From positions 1,222-65,221 of the forward strand of contig JAIORV010000068.1 in the NCBI GenBank assembly GCA_021107945.1: DNA of 64,000 bases, read 5' to 3'. Source of the DNA: Vulcanimicrobiota bacterium. Its GTDB lineage: Bacteria; Vulcanimicrobiota; JAJTBE01. Below, piece after piece: positions 10,719 to 18,978 of this stretch. Position numbers and translations under genes: made by a program. The notes under the pieces are model-generated. The model was not told where the DNA came from, searched no databases, and worked only from the letters and a program-made list of their open reading frames with translations. Within the stretch, counting starts at the first letter, position 1. Each line of letters opens with the position of its first letter.

Positions 10719-10830
10719 AGTCCGGGAATATTCCCGACTACCCTTTTTTAATTGAGAATCATTGAATATGGTATTTTGCAATAATGTAACTATTCAGTCC
10801 AGGTAGTCCGGGGAAATTATCCCTTGCTAC
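10719..10830 (+). promoter_or_regulatory. pair of ~20-bp near-palindromic motifs (AGTCCGGGRAAWATTMTCCC) upstream of the kor-hdr cluster
   Basis: AGTCCGGGAATATTCCCGACT at 10719-10739 (core CGGGAATATTCCCG is a perfect 14-bp palindrome) and GTAGTCCGGGGAAATTATCCC at 10803-10823, about 85 bp apart and 40-150 bp upstream of korD. Confidence 0.35.
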
Positions 10831-10887
10831 TTAAGAAATGGAGATCTGGACGGTTATAATTAAATGGGCGATCAGGGGTGTATAAAT

Positions 10888-11193
10888 ATGGAAAGCAAGT
10901 ATAAGTATATCGGGCAGAAAATCAATGTCAAGCAGAAGAAGTGGAAGACCCAACATCAGTTTGTCAGAATTATCAAGGATCGATGTAAGGGATGCAATCT
11001 GTGTATTGAATTTTGCCCCGAAGGGATACTTGAAGTATCGGAGGAGTTTAACGCCAAGGGTTATCATCCTCCCCGGATTCGAGAGTCGTTTAAAAGGGGA
11101 TATGATGACCGGGCTTGCATAGGGTGTGAATATTGCGCCCTGATATGTCCCGAGTTCGCTATCTACACGGTACCCGAGGAGGAGACAGCGTGA
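10888..11193 (+). CDS. korD: 2-oxoacid:ferredoxin oxidoreductase delta subunit (2x[4Fe-4S] ferredoxin)
   Basis: CKGCNLCIEFCP and CIGCEYCALICP motifs; start is either 10864 (track) or 10888 (GGGGTG 7 nt upstream); stop TGA overlaps the korA GTG start (GTGA). Confidence 0.75.
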   Translation: MESKYKYIGQKINVKQKKWKTQHQFVRIIKDRCKGCNLCIEFCPEGILEVSEEFNAKGYHPPRIRESFKRGYDDRACIGCEYCALICPEFAIYTVPEEETA

Positions 11194-12350
11194 CCACACA
11201 GACACTCAGCGGTGAATTTTTCATGGCAGGTAATGCGGCGGCGGCAGAAGGTGCAATTGCCGCAGGATGCAGGTTCTTTGGCGGATACCCTATCACTCCA
11301 TCCACCGAGCTGGCGGAGAGAATGTCCCGACGACTTCCACAAATAGGGGGAGTTTTCATCCAGATGGAAGACGAGATAGCATCTATGGCCGCTATTTTAG
11401 GAGCTTCATGGGCGGGCAAAAAAAGTATGACCGCAACATCAGGCCCCGGTATATCATTGATGATGGAGAACATAGGACTCGGGGTGATTACCGAGACTCC
11501 CTGCGTGATAGTCAACGTGCAAAGAGGAGGCCCCTCAACGGGACTTCCAACTCTCGTGGGACAGCAGGACGTAATGCAGGCAAGATGGGGATCTCATGGA
11601 GACTACGAAATAATAGCCCTTGCTCCGGGATCTGTTCAGGAATGCTTCGATGTTGTCATAAAAGCATTTAACTTTGCCGAGCAATACAGGACGCCGGTTA
11701 TTGTCCTGATGGATGAATGTACTTCGCATATGTGGGAGAAGGTTGTAATCCCACCTCCCGAAGAAATTGAGAGAATCAACAGGAAAACTCCCGACGGGCC
11801 GCCTCCAGAGGGCGAAGATTTCTATCCGTATCGCTGTACCGACGGCACGATGATTCCCCCCATGCCAAAAGCGGGGGACGGATACAGGATGCATATTACA
11901 GGATTGACCCACGACGAGAAGGGATATCCGAAGATAAACGCGGCTACCCAGGATAAGCTTGTGAGAAGACTTTGCGACAAGATAAGGAAAAATGCCGACG
12001 ATATTGTGATAACCGAGGATTATATGCTTGATGACGCAGAAATCGTGATTGTCGCATTTGGAACCGTGTCCCGCTCGGCAAAAAGTGCGGTCAGAATCGC
12101 GCGAAAAAAGGGACTCAAAGTGGGACTTCTCAAACTTGTAACAATATGGCCCTTTGCGGAAAAGAAGATAAAAGAGCTTGCCGAGAGAGTAAAGCTCTTT
12201 GTTGTAGCGGAGATAAATTACGGACAGATCGTCAATGAAGTGGAAAGATGCGTTGCAGGAAAAGCGGAAGTCAGGTTGTCGTCAAAACTCGGCGGCGAAC
12301 TTCATCATCCGGAAGAAATCCTGAGCGCTATACCGGAGGTGGTTGTATGA
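11190..12350 (+). CDS. korA: 2-oxoglutarate/2-oxoacid:ferredoxin oxidoreductase alpha subunit
   Basis: In-frame GTG at 11190 preceded by GAGGAGGAG and overlapping the korD stop; N-terminus TTQTLSGEFFMAGNAAAAEGAIAAGCRFFGGYPITPSTE is typical KorA/PorA; the track ORF start at 11133 would overprint korD. Confidence 0.85.
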   Translation: MTTQTLSGEFFMAGNAAAAEGAIAAGCRFFGGYPITPSTELAERMSRRLPQIGGVFIQMEDEIASMAAILGASWAGKKSMTATSGPGISLMMENIGLGVITETPCVIVNVQRGGPSTGLPTLVGQQDVMQARWGSHGDYEIIALAPGSVQECFDVVIKAFNFAEQYRTPVIVLMDECTSHMWEKVVIPPPEEIERINRKTPDGPPPEGEDFYPYRCTDGTMIPPMPKAGDGYRMHITGLTHDEKGYPKINAATQDKLVRRLCDKIRKNADDIVITEDYMLDDAEIVIVAFGTVSRSAKSAVRIARKKGLKVGLLKLVTIWPFAEKKIKELAERVKLFVVAEINYGQIVNEVERCVAGKAEVRLSSKLGGELHHPEEILSAIPEVVV

Positions 12351-13246
12351 TTTCTGATACACCGGAAATTACCCGGATTACACCGGCAATGGAGACAACA
12401 CAGGAGTTGCTCGAATCCCATCCCCTTGATCGGTTTTTGAGGGGCGACCGGATGCCCCACATATGGTGTCCCGGCTGTGGCGCGGGCAATGTTATGGCTG
12501 CATATATCAACGCTATCAAGAACCTGGAAATTGAACTTAACAGGCATGTAGTCGTTTCCGGGATAGGATGCACGGGGAGGATCGCCGGTTATATCAACCT
12601 GGACTCGTATCATACAACCCATGGCAGGGCGATACCTTTCGCTACGGGAATGAAAGTTGCAAACCCAGATCTTATTGTAACGGTGATAAGCGGTGACGGT
12701 GATCTTTTCGCCATAGGCGGAAATCATTTTCTCCACGCGGCAAGAAGAAACGTTAACCTGCTTGTTATTTGCGTAAACAATTACATATATGGAATGACGG
12801 GAGGTCAGCTTGCTCCCACAACACCCCTTGACAACATTACAACAACATCGCCCTTCGGAAACTATGAGCATCCGTTCAACCTTCCATATCTTGCAATGGC
12901 AAGCGGGGCGGCCTATGTGGCAAGGTGGACCACGATACACCTGAGAAGGTTGACAAAATCAATAGAGAAGGCGACGATGAAACCCGGATTTTCATTCATA
13001 GAGGTACTGTCCCCCTGTCCCACGGGATATGGCAAGCTTAACAAGAAAGGCGACGCTCTGGACGTTGCCCGGTTTTTCCAGGAAAAAAGTGTGATTAAAC
13101 ATGGATCGAATCCCTTTGACGCAGGCGTACGAGAAGGCAAGGAAATCATCCTGGGTGAGTTTATCAACAGGGATGACAGACCCTCATTTCTTGAATACCA
13201 GCGAAGAATGGAAGAGAGAGTGGTGGGAAAAAATGCAAATAAGTGA
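12347..13246 (+). CDS. korB: 2-oxoacid:ferredoxin oxidoreductase beta subunit (TPP-binding)
   Basis: ATG at 12347 with GGAGGTGG SD, overlapping the korA stop (ATGA); IWCPGCGAG cluster-binding motif; TPP-binding region GDGDLFAIGGNH. Confidence 0.85.
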   Translation: MISDTPEITRITPAMETTQELLESHPLDRFLRGDRMPHIWCPGCGAGNVMAAYINAIKNLEIELNRHVVVSGIGCTGRIAGYINLDSYHTTHGRAIPFATGMKVANPDLIVTVISGDGDLFAIGGNHFLHAARRNVNLLVICVNNYIYGMTGGQLAPTTPLDNITTTSPFGNYEHPFNLPYLAMASGAAYVARWTTIHLRRLTKSIEKATMKPGFSFIEVLSPCPTGYGKLNKKGDALDVARFFQEKSVIKHGSNPFDAGVREGKEIILGEFINRDDRPSFLEYQRRMEERVVGKNANK

Positions 13247-13811
13247 TGATAACAGGAGAGAAATAAGGGTTGCAGGATTCGGAGGACAGGGAATTGTCCT
13301 GTCGGCGGTTATCCTGGGCAAGGCGGCTTCCATTTATATGGGAAAAAAGGCGGCGGTAATGCAAAGTTACGGGCCGGAATCCCGCGGAGGTGCATGTAGC
13401 GGAGCGATCGTCATTGACGAGGAGACGGTGGATTATCCATACGCCACAAGACCCGATGTATTGCTTTTCCTGTCGCAGGAAGCCTATGCAAAGTATCGCA
13501 AGACGCTTAAAAAGGGTGGATTGATGATTGTCGAAGAAGACCTGGTGGAGCTTGCAGGCGATGACGGGGATGCAATCATATACAAGGTCCCGGCCACAAG
13601 GATGGCGGAAAACCTGGGGAAGAAGATTGTTGCAAACATTATTATGCTTGGCGCCCTGGTGGGAATCTCCGACATAATCACATTTTCTGCAATAAAACAG
13701 TCAGTACTTTCCATGGTTCCCCCAAAAACATTAAAAATCAATCAAGAAGCCGTGGAGCAGGGCTATGAATATGGCAATAAAATAAAGAAGGCTGTGGAGG
13801 TATCCACATGA
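13233..13811 (+). CDS. korG: 2-oxoacid:ferredoxin oxidoreductase gamma subunit
   Basis: ATG at 13233 (MQISDDNRREIRVAGFGGQGIVLSAVILG, the gamma-subunit GxGGQG motif); 14-nt overlap with korB; its stop overlaps the hdrA ATG at 13808 (ATGA). Confidence 0.8.
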   Translation: MQISDDNRREIRVAGFGGQGIVLSAVILGKAASIYMGKKAAVMQSYGPESRGGACSGAIVIDEETVDYPYATRPDVLLFLSQEAYAKYRKTLKKGGLMIVEEDLVELAGDDGDAIIYKVPATRMAENLGKKIVANIIMLGALVGISDIITFSAIKQSVLSMVPPKTLKINQEAVEQGYEYGNKIKKAVEVST

Positions 13812-15763
13812 AACGTATCGGAGTATTTGTATGTCACTGCGGAATAAATATCGCGGGGACACTTGATATCAACAAGATTATACACAGGATAAGCAATTAT
13901 CCTGGAGTGGCGCATGCCGAGCATTATGAATATATGTGCTCTGACCCGGGACAGAATATTGTCAGAGATACCATCAAGGATCAATACCTTGACGGCATAG
14001 TGGTCGCGGCTTGCTCGCCTACCCTTCATGAAACAACATTCAGAAACGCCGCAAAGGATGCGGATATGAATCCGTACATGGTCGAAATCGCCAACATCAG
14101 GGAGTATTGCTCCTGGGTGCACAGGGATAGGCCGGAAGATGCGACGGAAAAGGCCATCAGGATTATCAGAACGGCGGTTGAGAAAGTAAGACGGAATGAA
14201 TCTCTTTACCCCGTAAAAATCCCGGTTTTTCATAAATGCCTCGTGATCGGCGCAGGAATCAGCGGAATCCAGGCGGCGCTTGATGTCGCAAATGCCGGGT
14301 TTGAAGTGATCCTTGTGGAAAAAAGTCCGACTATCGGCGGGAGGATGGCACAGCTATCGGAAACATTCCCGACGCTTGACTGCAGTCAGTGTATCCTGAC
14401 GCCCAAGATGGTGGAGGTTTCAAGACACCCCAAAATCAGGTTGATGGCATATAGTGAAGTAAAAGAGGTTACAGGCTCAATCGGCAATTTCCATGTCAAA
14501 ATCCTGAAAAAACCCACATACGTTGATACCGATAAATGCAACCTGTGTGGAGAATGCGTCAATGTCTGTCCCATCATCATTCCCAGCGAGTTCGACAGGG
14601 GAATGAGCATGCGAAAAGCGATATATATGCCGTTCCCGCAGGCGGTACCGTCAACTTACTGCCTCGATGAAGCGAACTGTCTCGGTCTTAATCCTCTTCG
14701 TTGCAGTAAGTGCCAGGATGTTTGCGAACCCGGAGCTATTAACTATGATATGAAGCCTGAGATTATCGAGGAGGATGTGGGAGCGATTATCGTTGCCACC
14801 GGGTATGACCTATACCATAAAGAAGCTTTAACCGAGTATGGGCTGGGAATATACGAGGATGTCATAGACGGTCTTCAGTTCGAAAGACTTCTTTCTGCAT
14901 CCGGCCCCACATCGGGAGAGATACATCGCCCGTCCGACGGTGAGGTGCCAAAGGATGTAGTATTCATCCAATGCGCCGGCTCAAGGGATGAGAAGCATAA
15001 CCCGTACTGCTCGAAGGTATGCTGTATGTACACGGCAAAGCATGCGATGTTATACAAGCATCGAGTACCCGACGGCCAGGCATATATATTCTATATCGAT
15101 ATAAGGAGCGCGGGCAAGGATTACGAGGAGTTTGTCCAGAGGGCGATGGAAGAAGATCGGATCCTCTACCTGCGCGGAAAAGTCTCGAAAGTTTTCAAGG
15201 AAGGCGAAAAGTTGGTGGTCTGGGGCGTTGACACATTAACAGGTCAGAAAGTGGAAGTTCTTGCCGACCTGGTTGTCCTTGCAACTGCAATAGTTCCCAG
15301 AGCGGCAACGCCGGAGATTGTTAACAAGCTGAAAATAGCCGCCGACGGGAATGGTTTCCTGAAGGAAGCCCACCCGAAGCTCAGACCGGTGGAAAGCTTG
15401 ACATCGGGGATATTTCTGGCGGGAGCGGCACAGAGTCCCAAAGACATACCCGATGCCGTGTCCCAGGGAAGCGGATCCGCCTCGAAAGCTATAGGAATCC
15501 TGTCGCAGAAGAAGCTCCAGCATGATCCCACAATAACCGATGTGGAGGAGATAGCCTGCGGTGGTTGCGGAATCTGTATCTCGGTCTGCCCATACACTGC
15601 CCTGAGCATGGATGACAGACGAAATGTTGTCCTTGTTAATGATGTTCTCTGCGAAGGATGCGGAACTTGTGCCGCCGCCTGTCCCAGTGGCGCCGCCGAG
15701 TTGAGGAATTATACTAACCGGCAGGTCAGGGAAATGATATGCGCCGCTTTGAGTAAGGTATGA
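13808..15763 (+). CDS. hdrA: heterodisulfide reductase subunit A-like flavoprotein (FAD, multiple [4Fe-4S])
   Basis: 651 aa; N-terminal VFVCHCGINIAG Cys motif; FAD-binding GAGISG; ferredoxin-type CNLCGECVNVCP, CGGCGICISVCP, CEGCGTCAAACP; length and architecture typical of HdrA. Confidence 0.9.
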   Translation: MKRIGVFVCHCGINIAGTLDINKIIHRISNYPGVAHAEHYEYMCSDPGQNIVRDTIKDQYLDGIVVAACSPTLHETTFRNAAKDADMNPYMVEIANIREYCSWVHRDRPEDATEKAIRIIRTAVEKVRRNESLYPVKIPVFHKCLVIGAGISGIQAALDVANAGFEVILVEKSPTIGGRMAQLSETFPTLDCSQCILTPKMVEVSRHPKIRLMAYSEVKEVTGSIGNFHVKILKKPTYVDTDKCNLCGECVNVCPIIIPSEFDRGMSMRKAIYMPFPQAVPSTYCLDEANCLGLNPLRCSKCQDVCEPGAINYDMKPEIIEEDVGAIIVATGYDLYHKEALTEYGLGIYEDVIDGLQFERLLSASGPTSGEIHRPSDGEVPKDVVFIQCAGSRDEKHNPYCSKVCCMYTAKHAMLYKHRVPDGQAYIFYIDIRSAGKDYEEFVQRAMEEDRILYLRGKVSKVFKEGEKLVVWGVDTLTGQKVEVLADLVVLATAIVPRAATPEIVNKLKIAADGNGFLKEAHPKLRPVESLTSGIFLAGAAQSPKDIPDAVSQGSGSASKAIGILSQKKLQHDPTITDVEEIACGGCGICISVCPYTALSMDDRRNVVLVNDVLCEGCGTCAAACPSGAAELRNYTNRQVREMICAALSKV

Positions 15764-15770
15764 AAATTAA

Positions 15771-15796
15771 ACGCGGAGGACGCAGAGGACGCAGAG
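15771..15796 (+). repeat. 3-unit heptad array (CGCGGAG-GA-CGCAGAG-GA-CGCAGAG) abutting the start codon of the GxxExxY gene
   Basis: Read directly: acgcggaggacgcagaggacgcagagATG. Its inverted partner is at 16190-16226. Confidence 0.8.
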
Positions 15797-16234
15797 ATGA
15801 ATAAGGCGGAGATGATCAATAAAATAACCGGGAAAATTATCGGCGTGGCAATTGATGTTCACAGGGTGCTGGGACCCGGATTGCTGGAGTCTGCTTACGA
15901 AGCCTGTATGGTGTTCGATCTTATAGAAGCCGGTTTGAAGGTGGAACAGCAAAAACCTCTGCCGGTTATCTATAAAAATGAAAAACTTGATTGCGGATAT
16001 AGACTGGATTTACTTGTTGAAGATGAGGTGATTGTCGAAATAAAATCTGTTGAGAAAGTATTACCCATACATAAATCTCAGTTATTATCTTATTTAAGGC
16101 TTTCAGATAAAAAGGTCGGATTATTAATAAATTTCAATGTAATAATCCTTAAAGATGGAATTTCAAGGATAGTAAATAATTTTCAAGACTCTGCGGTCTC
16201 CGCGATCTCCGCGTTGAAAAAAGAAGGTGAATGA
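15797..16234 (+). CDS. GxxExxY-family protein (PD-(D/E)XK nuclease superfamily, PDDEXK_3-like)
   Basis: 145 aa; motif GVAIDVHRVLGPGLLESAYEACM contains G-x-x-E-x-x-Y; downstream D...E.K-like acidic/Lys residues (LLVEDEVIVEIKSVEK); inserted between hdrA and mvhD; its stop overlaps the mvhD ATG (ATGA). Confidence 0.8.
   Translation: MNKAEMINKITGKIIGVAIDVHRVLGPGLLESAYEACMVFDLIEAGLKVEQQKPLPVIYKNEKLDCGYRLDLLVEDEVIVEIKSVEKVLPIHKSQLLSYLRLSDKKVGLLINFNVIILKDGISRIVNNFQDSAVSAISALKKEGE
16190..16226 (+). repeat. 3-unit heptad array in inverted orientation (CTCTGCG-GT-CTCCGCG-AT-CTCCGCG-TTGAAAAAA), inside the last 12 codons of the GxxExxY gene
   Basis: Reverse complement is TTTTTTCAA-CGCGGAG-AT-CGCGGAG-AC-CGCAGAG, matching the 15771-15796 array unit for unit. 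Confidence 0.8.
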
Positions 16235-16671
16235 TGAAACCGAGTGATAATGGATTTGAGCCAAGAATAGTGGCTTTTTTATGCAAGTGGTGCGCCGGCG
16301 CCGGAGCGGATCTTGCCGGTGTCAGCAGGCTCCAATATGCCCCGAACGCAGTACCCATCATGTTTAACTGCACGGGCAGGCTGGATCCCACATTTGTCCT
16401 GAAGGCATTTACTCAGGGAGCCGACGGTGTTTTCATCGGGGGCTGCCATCCAGGTGATTGTCATTATCTCACAGGTAATTATAATGCCCTCAAAAGGGTA
16501 ATTCTTTTAGAAAAAGTCCTGGTGCAATTTGGAATCAACCCAAGACGCCTTCGCCTGGAATGGGTTTCCGCTTCCGAGGGAAACAAGTTTGCCCGGGTGA
16601 TGAATGAGTTTTCCGCTGAAATAAAGAAGCTGGGTCCCCTTGAAAAACTGGAGGTGTCCCGATGCGAATAA
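16231..16671 (+). CDS. mvhD: methyl-viologen-reducing hydrogenase delta subunit-like protein
   Basis: 146 aa; IVAFLCKWCAGAGADLAG...NCTGRLDP...GGCHPGDCHY, the MvhD/FlpD signature Cys pattern. Confidence 0.85.
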   Translation: MMKPSDNGFEPRIVAFLCKWCAGAGADLAGVSRLQYAPNAVPIMFNCTGRLDPTFVLKAFTQGADGVFIGGCHPGDCHYLTGNYNALKRVILLEKVLVQFGINPRRLRLEWVSASEGNKFARVMNEFSAEIKKLGPLEKLEVSRCE

Positions 16672-17069
16672 TACTGAAGGGAAGCAAGGTCAAGAGCAAA
16701 CTTACCGAGAAAGTGGAAAAAATCAGCGGGCAGAATATATTTGCCTGTTACCAGTGTGGAAAATGTTCGGCCGGATGCCCCATGATCGACTCTATGGATT
16801 ATATGCCGAATCAAGCGATGAAATTGCTGCAAATGGGAGCAGCGGAAGAGATTATCAATTCGAAAACAATGTGGATGTGCGCCTCGTGCCATACATGCTC
16901 GGTGCGATGCCCCCGCGACATCGATCTCTCCGCTGTTATGGAGGCATTAAGACTTATATATCTCAGAACAAATGTCAACAAAGTGGAGCCTTCGCAGATT
17001 CCCGAGGAAGAGTTGAAGGATCTCCCACAGATTGCACTTGTTTGCAATTTTCGGAAGATGACCAGATAA
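16662..17069 (+). CDS. hdrC: heterodisulfide reductase subunit C-like (2x[4Fe-4S])
   Basis: 135 aa; CYQCGKCSAGCP and CASCHTCSVRCP; GGAGGTG SD; 10-nt overlap with mvhD. Confidence 0.8.
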   Translation: MRIILKGSKVKSKLTEKVEKISGQNIFACYQCGKCSAGCPMIDSMDYMPNQAMKLLQMGAAEEIINSKTMWMCASCHTCSVRCPRDIDLSAVMEALRLIYLRTNVNKVEPSQIPEEELKDLPQIALVCNFRKMTR

Positions 17070-17074
17070 CGGAA

Positions 17075-17165
17075 AATGGATAATGGATAATGGAAGATGG
17101 AACTGTAGGAGGGACGTCCCCGTCCCGATGAACGGATAACGGATAACGGAGGACGGATCCAACCT
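17075..17165 (+). repeat. intercistronic composite repeat (GGATAAYGG units plus reverse-complemented GGGACG palindrome module) between hdrC and hdrB
   Basis: ggaaaatggataatggataatggaagatggaactgtaggagggacgtccccgtcccgatgaacggataacggataacggaggacgg; same family as the elements at 2047-2078, 6706-6740, 18841-18882, 37441-37492 and 62918-62975. Confidence 0.75.
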
Positions 17166-17195
17166 CCCTATTCTATATTTAGGTGGACAATTTAT

Positions 17196-18071
17196 ATGAA
17201 ATACGCATATTACCCCGGATGTACATTGAAAAGTTATGCTGACAACCTGGAGTCATCGGTATTGGCTGTGGCGGAAAAGCTGGGTATTCAAATGGAGGAG
17301 TTACCCCACTGGACATGCTGCGGCACTGTTTTCTCACAGGCTGATGACGACCTGGTTCACCAGATAGCTCCACTTCGAATTTTACTTGATGCGCAGAAAG
17401 TTGGCGCCAAAAAACTTCTGGTGGTCTGCTCCATGTGTTACAACACCCTGAAGCAGGCTTCCCTGTTGTTTGAGAAAAAGCCTGACAAACTGGAGACGCT
17501 TAACCTTTTCCTCGATGATGAGGATGACTACCTTGGTGAAGTTGAGGTTGTTCATTTTCTACAAGTTTTGAGGGATGAGGTCGGGATTGAAGAAATTGCA
17601 AAACAGGTGGTAAGGCCATTGACAGGGCTCAATGTCGCCCCTTACTACGGATGTCTTCTTCTCAGACCCCAGGAGGTTGCGTTTGATGAGCCGGAGCGTC
17701 CCACGGTAATTGAGGAGATCCTTGTCGCACTGGGAGCGGAAGCGATAATGGATCCTCTGAAAGTGGAGTGCTGTGGTTCATACCAGACGGTTAACAACAA
17801 GGAAATAATAGCGGACCGTACACGCACCATAATCAACTCCGCACGGTCCAGGGGAGCAGAGATGATAGCCCTTGACTGTCCCCTGTGTGACTTCAACCTT
17901 GATTTCCGACAAAAGGAATCGGAGAAGAAATACACGGATTTCTTTACCATGCCCATCCTGTATTACACGCAGTTGATGGCGCTGGCAATGGGAATTAATG
18001 GGGATATTTATGGGTTTGATAAGCATTATGTTGATCCAAGACCACTTCTCAAGGAGTATGAATTGATATGA
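17196..18071 (+). CDS. hdrB: heterodisulfide reductase subunit B-like (two CCG domains)
   Basis: 291 aa; N-terminal YYPGCTL...WTCCG; second domain YYGCLL...ECCGS; AGGTGG SD; its stop overlaps the next ATG (ATGA). Confidence 0.85.
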   Translation: MKYAYYPGCTLKSYADNLESSVLAVAEKLGIQMEELPHWTCCGTVFSQADDDLVHQIAPLRILLDAQKVGAKKLLVVCSMCYNTLKQASLLFEKKPDKLETLNLFLDDEDDYLGEVEVVHFLQVLRDEVGIEEIAKQVVRPLTGLNVAPYYGCLLLRPQEVAFDEPERPTVIEEILVALGAEAIMDPLKVECCGSYQTVNNKEIIADRTRTIINSARSRGAEMIALDCPLCDFNLDFRQKESEKKYTDFFTMPILYYTQLMALAMGINGDIYGFDKHYVDPRPLLKEYELI

Positions 18072-18814
18072 AAATAATGGAAAAGAATTCGTCAGCAACG
18101 GAAAAAGAAATGAAGGAGAAAAAACCGGCGGAGGTTGAGCAGGCTTTCATAAGTGTTTATATCATGGGGAAAGAACACAGGGTCCCCTTTGGGTTGACAA
18201 TAATGAAAGCGATGGAATATGCCGGTTATCGTTTTGTACGTGGAGCCGGTTGCAGAGCGGGCTTTTGCGGAGCGTGTGCTACTATTTACAGGATGAAGGG
18301 CGATTACAAGCTCGAGACCGCCCTTGCCTGTCAAACCACTGCACTGGACGGGATGTATCTCACCCAGATACCTTTCATGCCTGCAAACAAGTCTGTTTAT
18401 GACATTGAAAAGCTCAATCCGGACATTAACTCGATTCTTCATCTTTATCCCGAAATAGCGCGTTGCGTGAGCTGTAATATGTGCACGCGCTCCTGCCCTC
18501 AGGATCTTGAGGTTATGGATTACATTCAGGCCGCTCTGCGGGGCGACACAGAAGAAGCCGCCAGGCTTTCATTCGACTGCATACAATGCGGACTTTGCAC
18601 TGTGCGCTGTATGGCTGAAATTTCTCATTACCACGTGGGGCAGCTCGCTCGCAGATTGTATGGCAAATATTATTCCCCCACTCCCCGGCATCTTACAGAA
18701 AGGCTCGAGGAGATGGATGAGGGAAAATATGATGAGGCAATGGACGAGCTTGTTGTTATGGATAAGGAAAACTTGAAGAAAAAATACTGGAAACGTGATA
18801 TGGAAGTTAAATAA
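18068..18814 (+). CDS. succinate dehydrogenase/fumarate reductase iron-sulfur subunit-like protein ([2Fe-2S] plus 2x[4Fe-4S] motifs)
   Basis: 248 aa; CRAGFCGAC (plant-type 2Fe-2S), CVSCNMCTRSCP, CIQCGLCTVRC; AAGGAGTATGA SD. Confidence 0.8.
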   Translation: MKIMEKNSSATEKEMKEKKPAEVEQAFISVYIMGKEHRVPFGLTIMKAMEYAGYRFVRGAGCRAGFCGACATIYRMKGDYKLETALACQTTALDGMYLTQIPFMPANKSVYDIEKLNPDINSILHLYPEIARCVSCNMCTRSCPQDLEVMDYIQAALRGDTEEAARLSFDCIQCGLCTVRCMAEISHYHVGQLARRLYGKYYSPTPRHLTERLEEMDEGKYDEAMDELVVMDKENLKKKYWKRDMEVK

Positions 18815-18819
18815 CGGAC

Positions 18820-18950
18820 AACGGAAGCCAGAGGCCGGATCTGTAGGAGGGACGTCCCCGTCCCGATAATCGGTTATCGGAAATTGCAGCTCAAACCTTT
18901 AGGTTTGCCGCTTCTGCTCTGCGGACTCTGCGTTAAATAAAAAAATCGAA
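18820..18950 (+). repeat. intercistronic composite repeat (palindrome module plus heptads CTCTGCG-GA-CTCTGCG-TTAAATAAAAAAA) between the sdhB-like and sdhA-like genes
   Basis: ctgtaggagggacgtccccgtcccgataatcggttatcgg ... cttctgctctgcggactctgcgttaaataaaaaaa. Confidence 0.75.
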
Positions 18951-18978
18951 TCCTTATGAATATGAAGAGGAGAACAAT

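Noticed and set aside
16640-17083. 147-aa alternative-frame ORF overlapping mvhD and hdrC
   Set aside because: The hdrC frame carries two canonical CxxCxxCxxxCP ferredoxin motifs and an SD; the overlapping frame has none.
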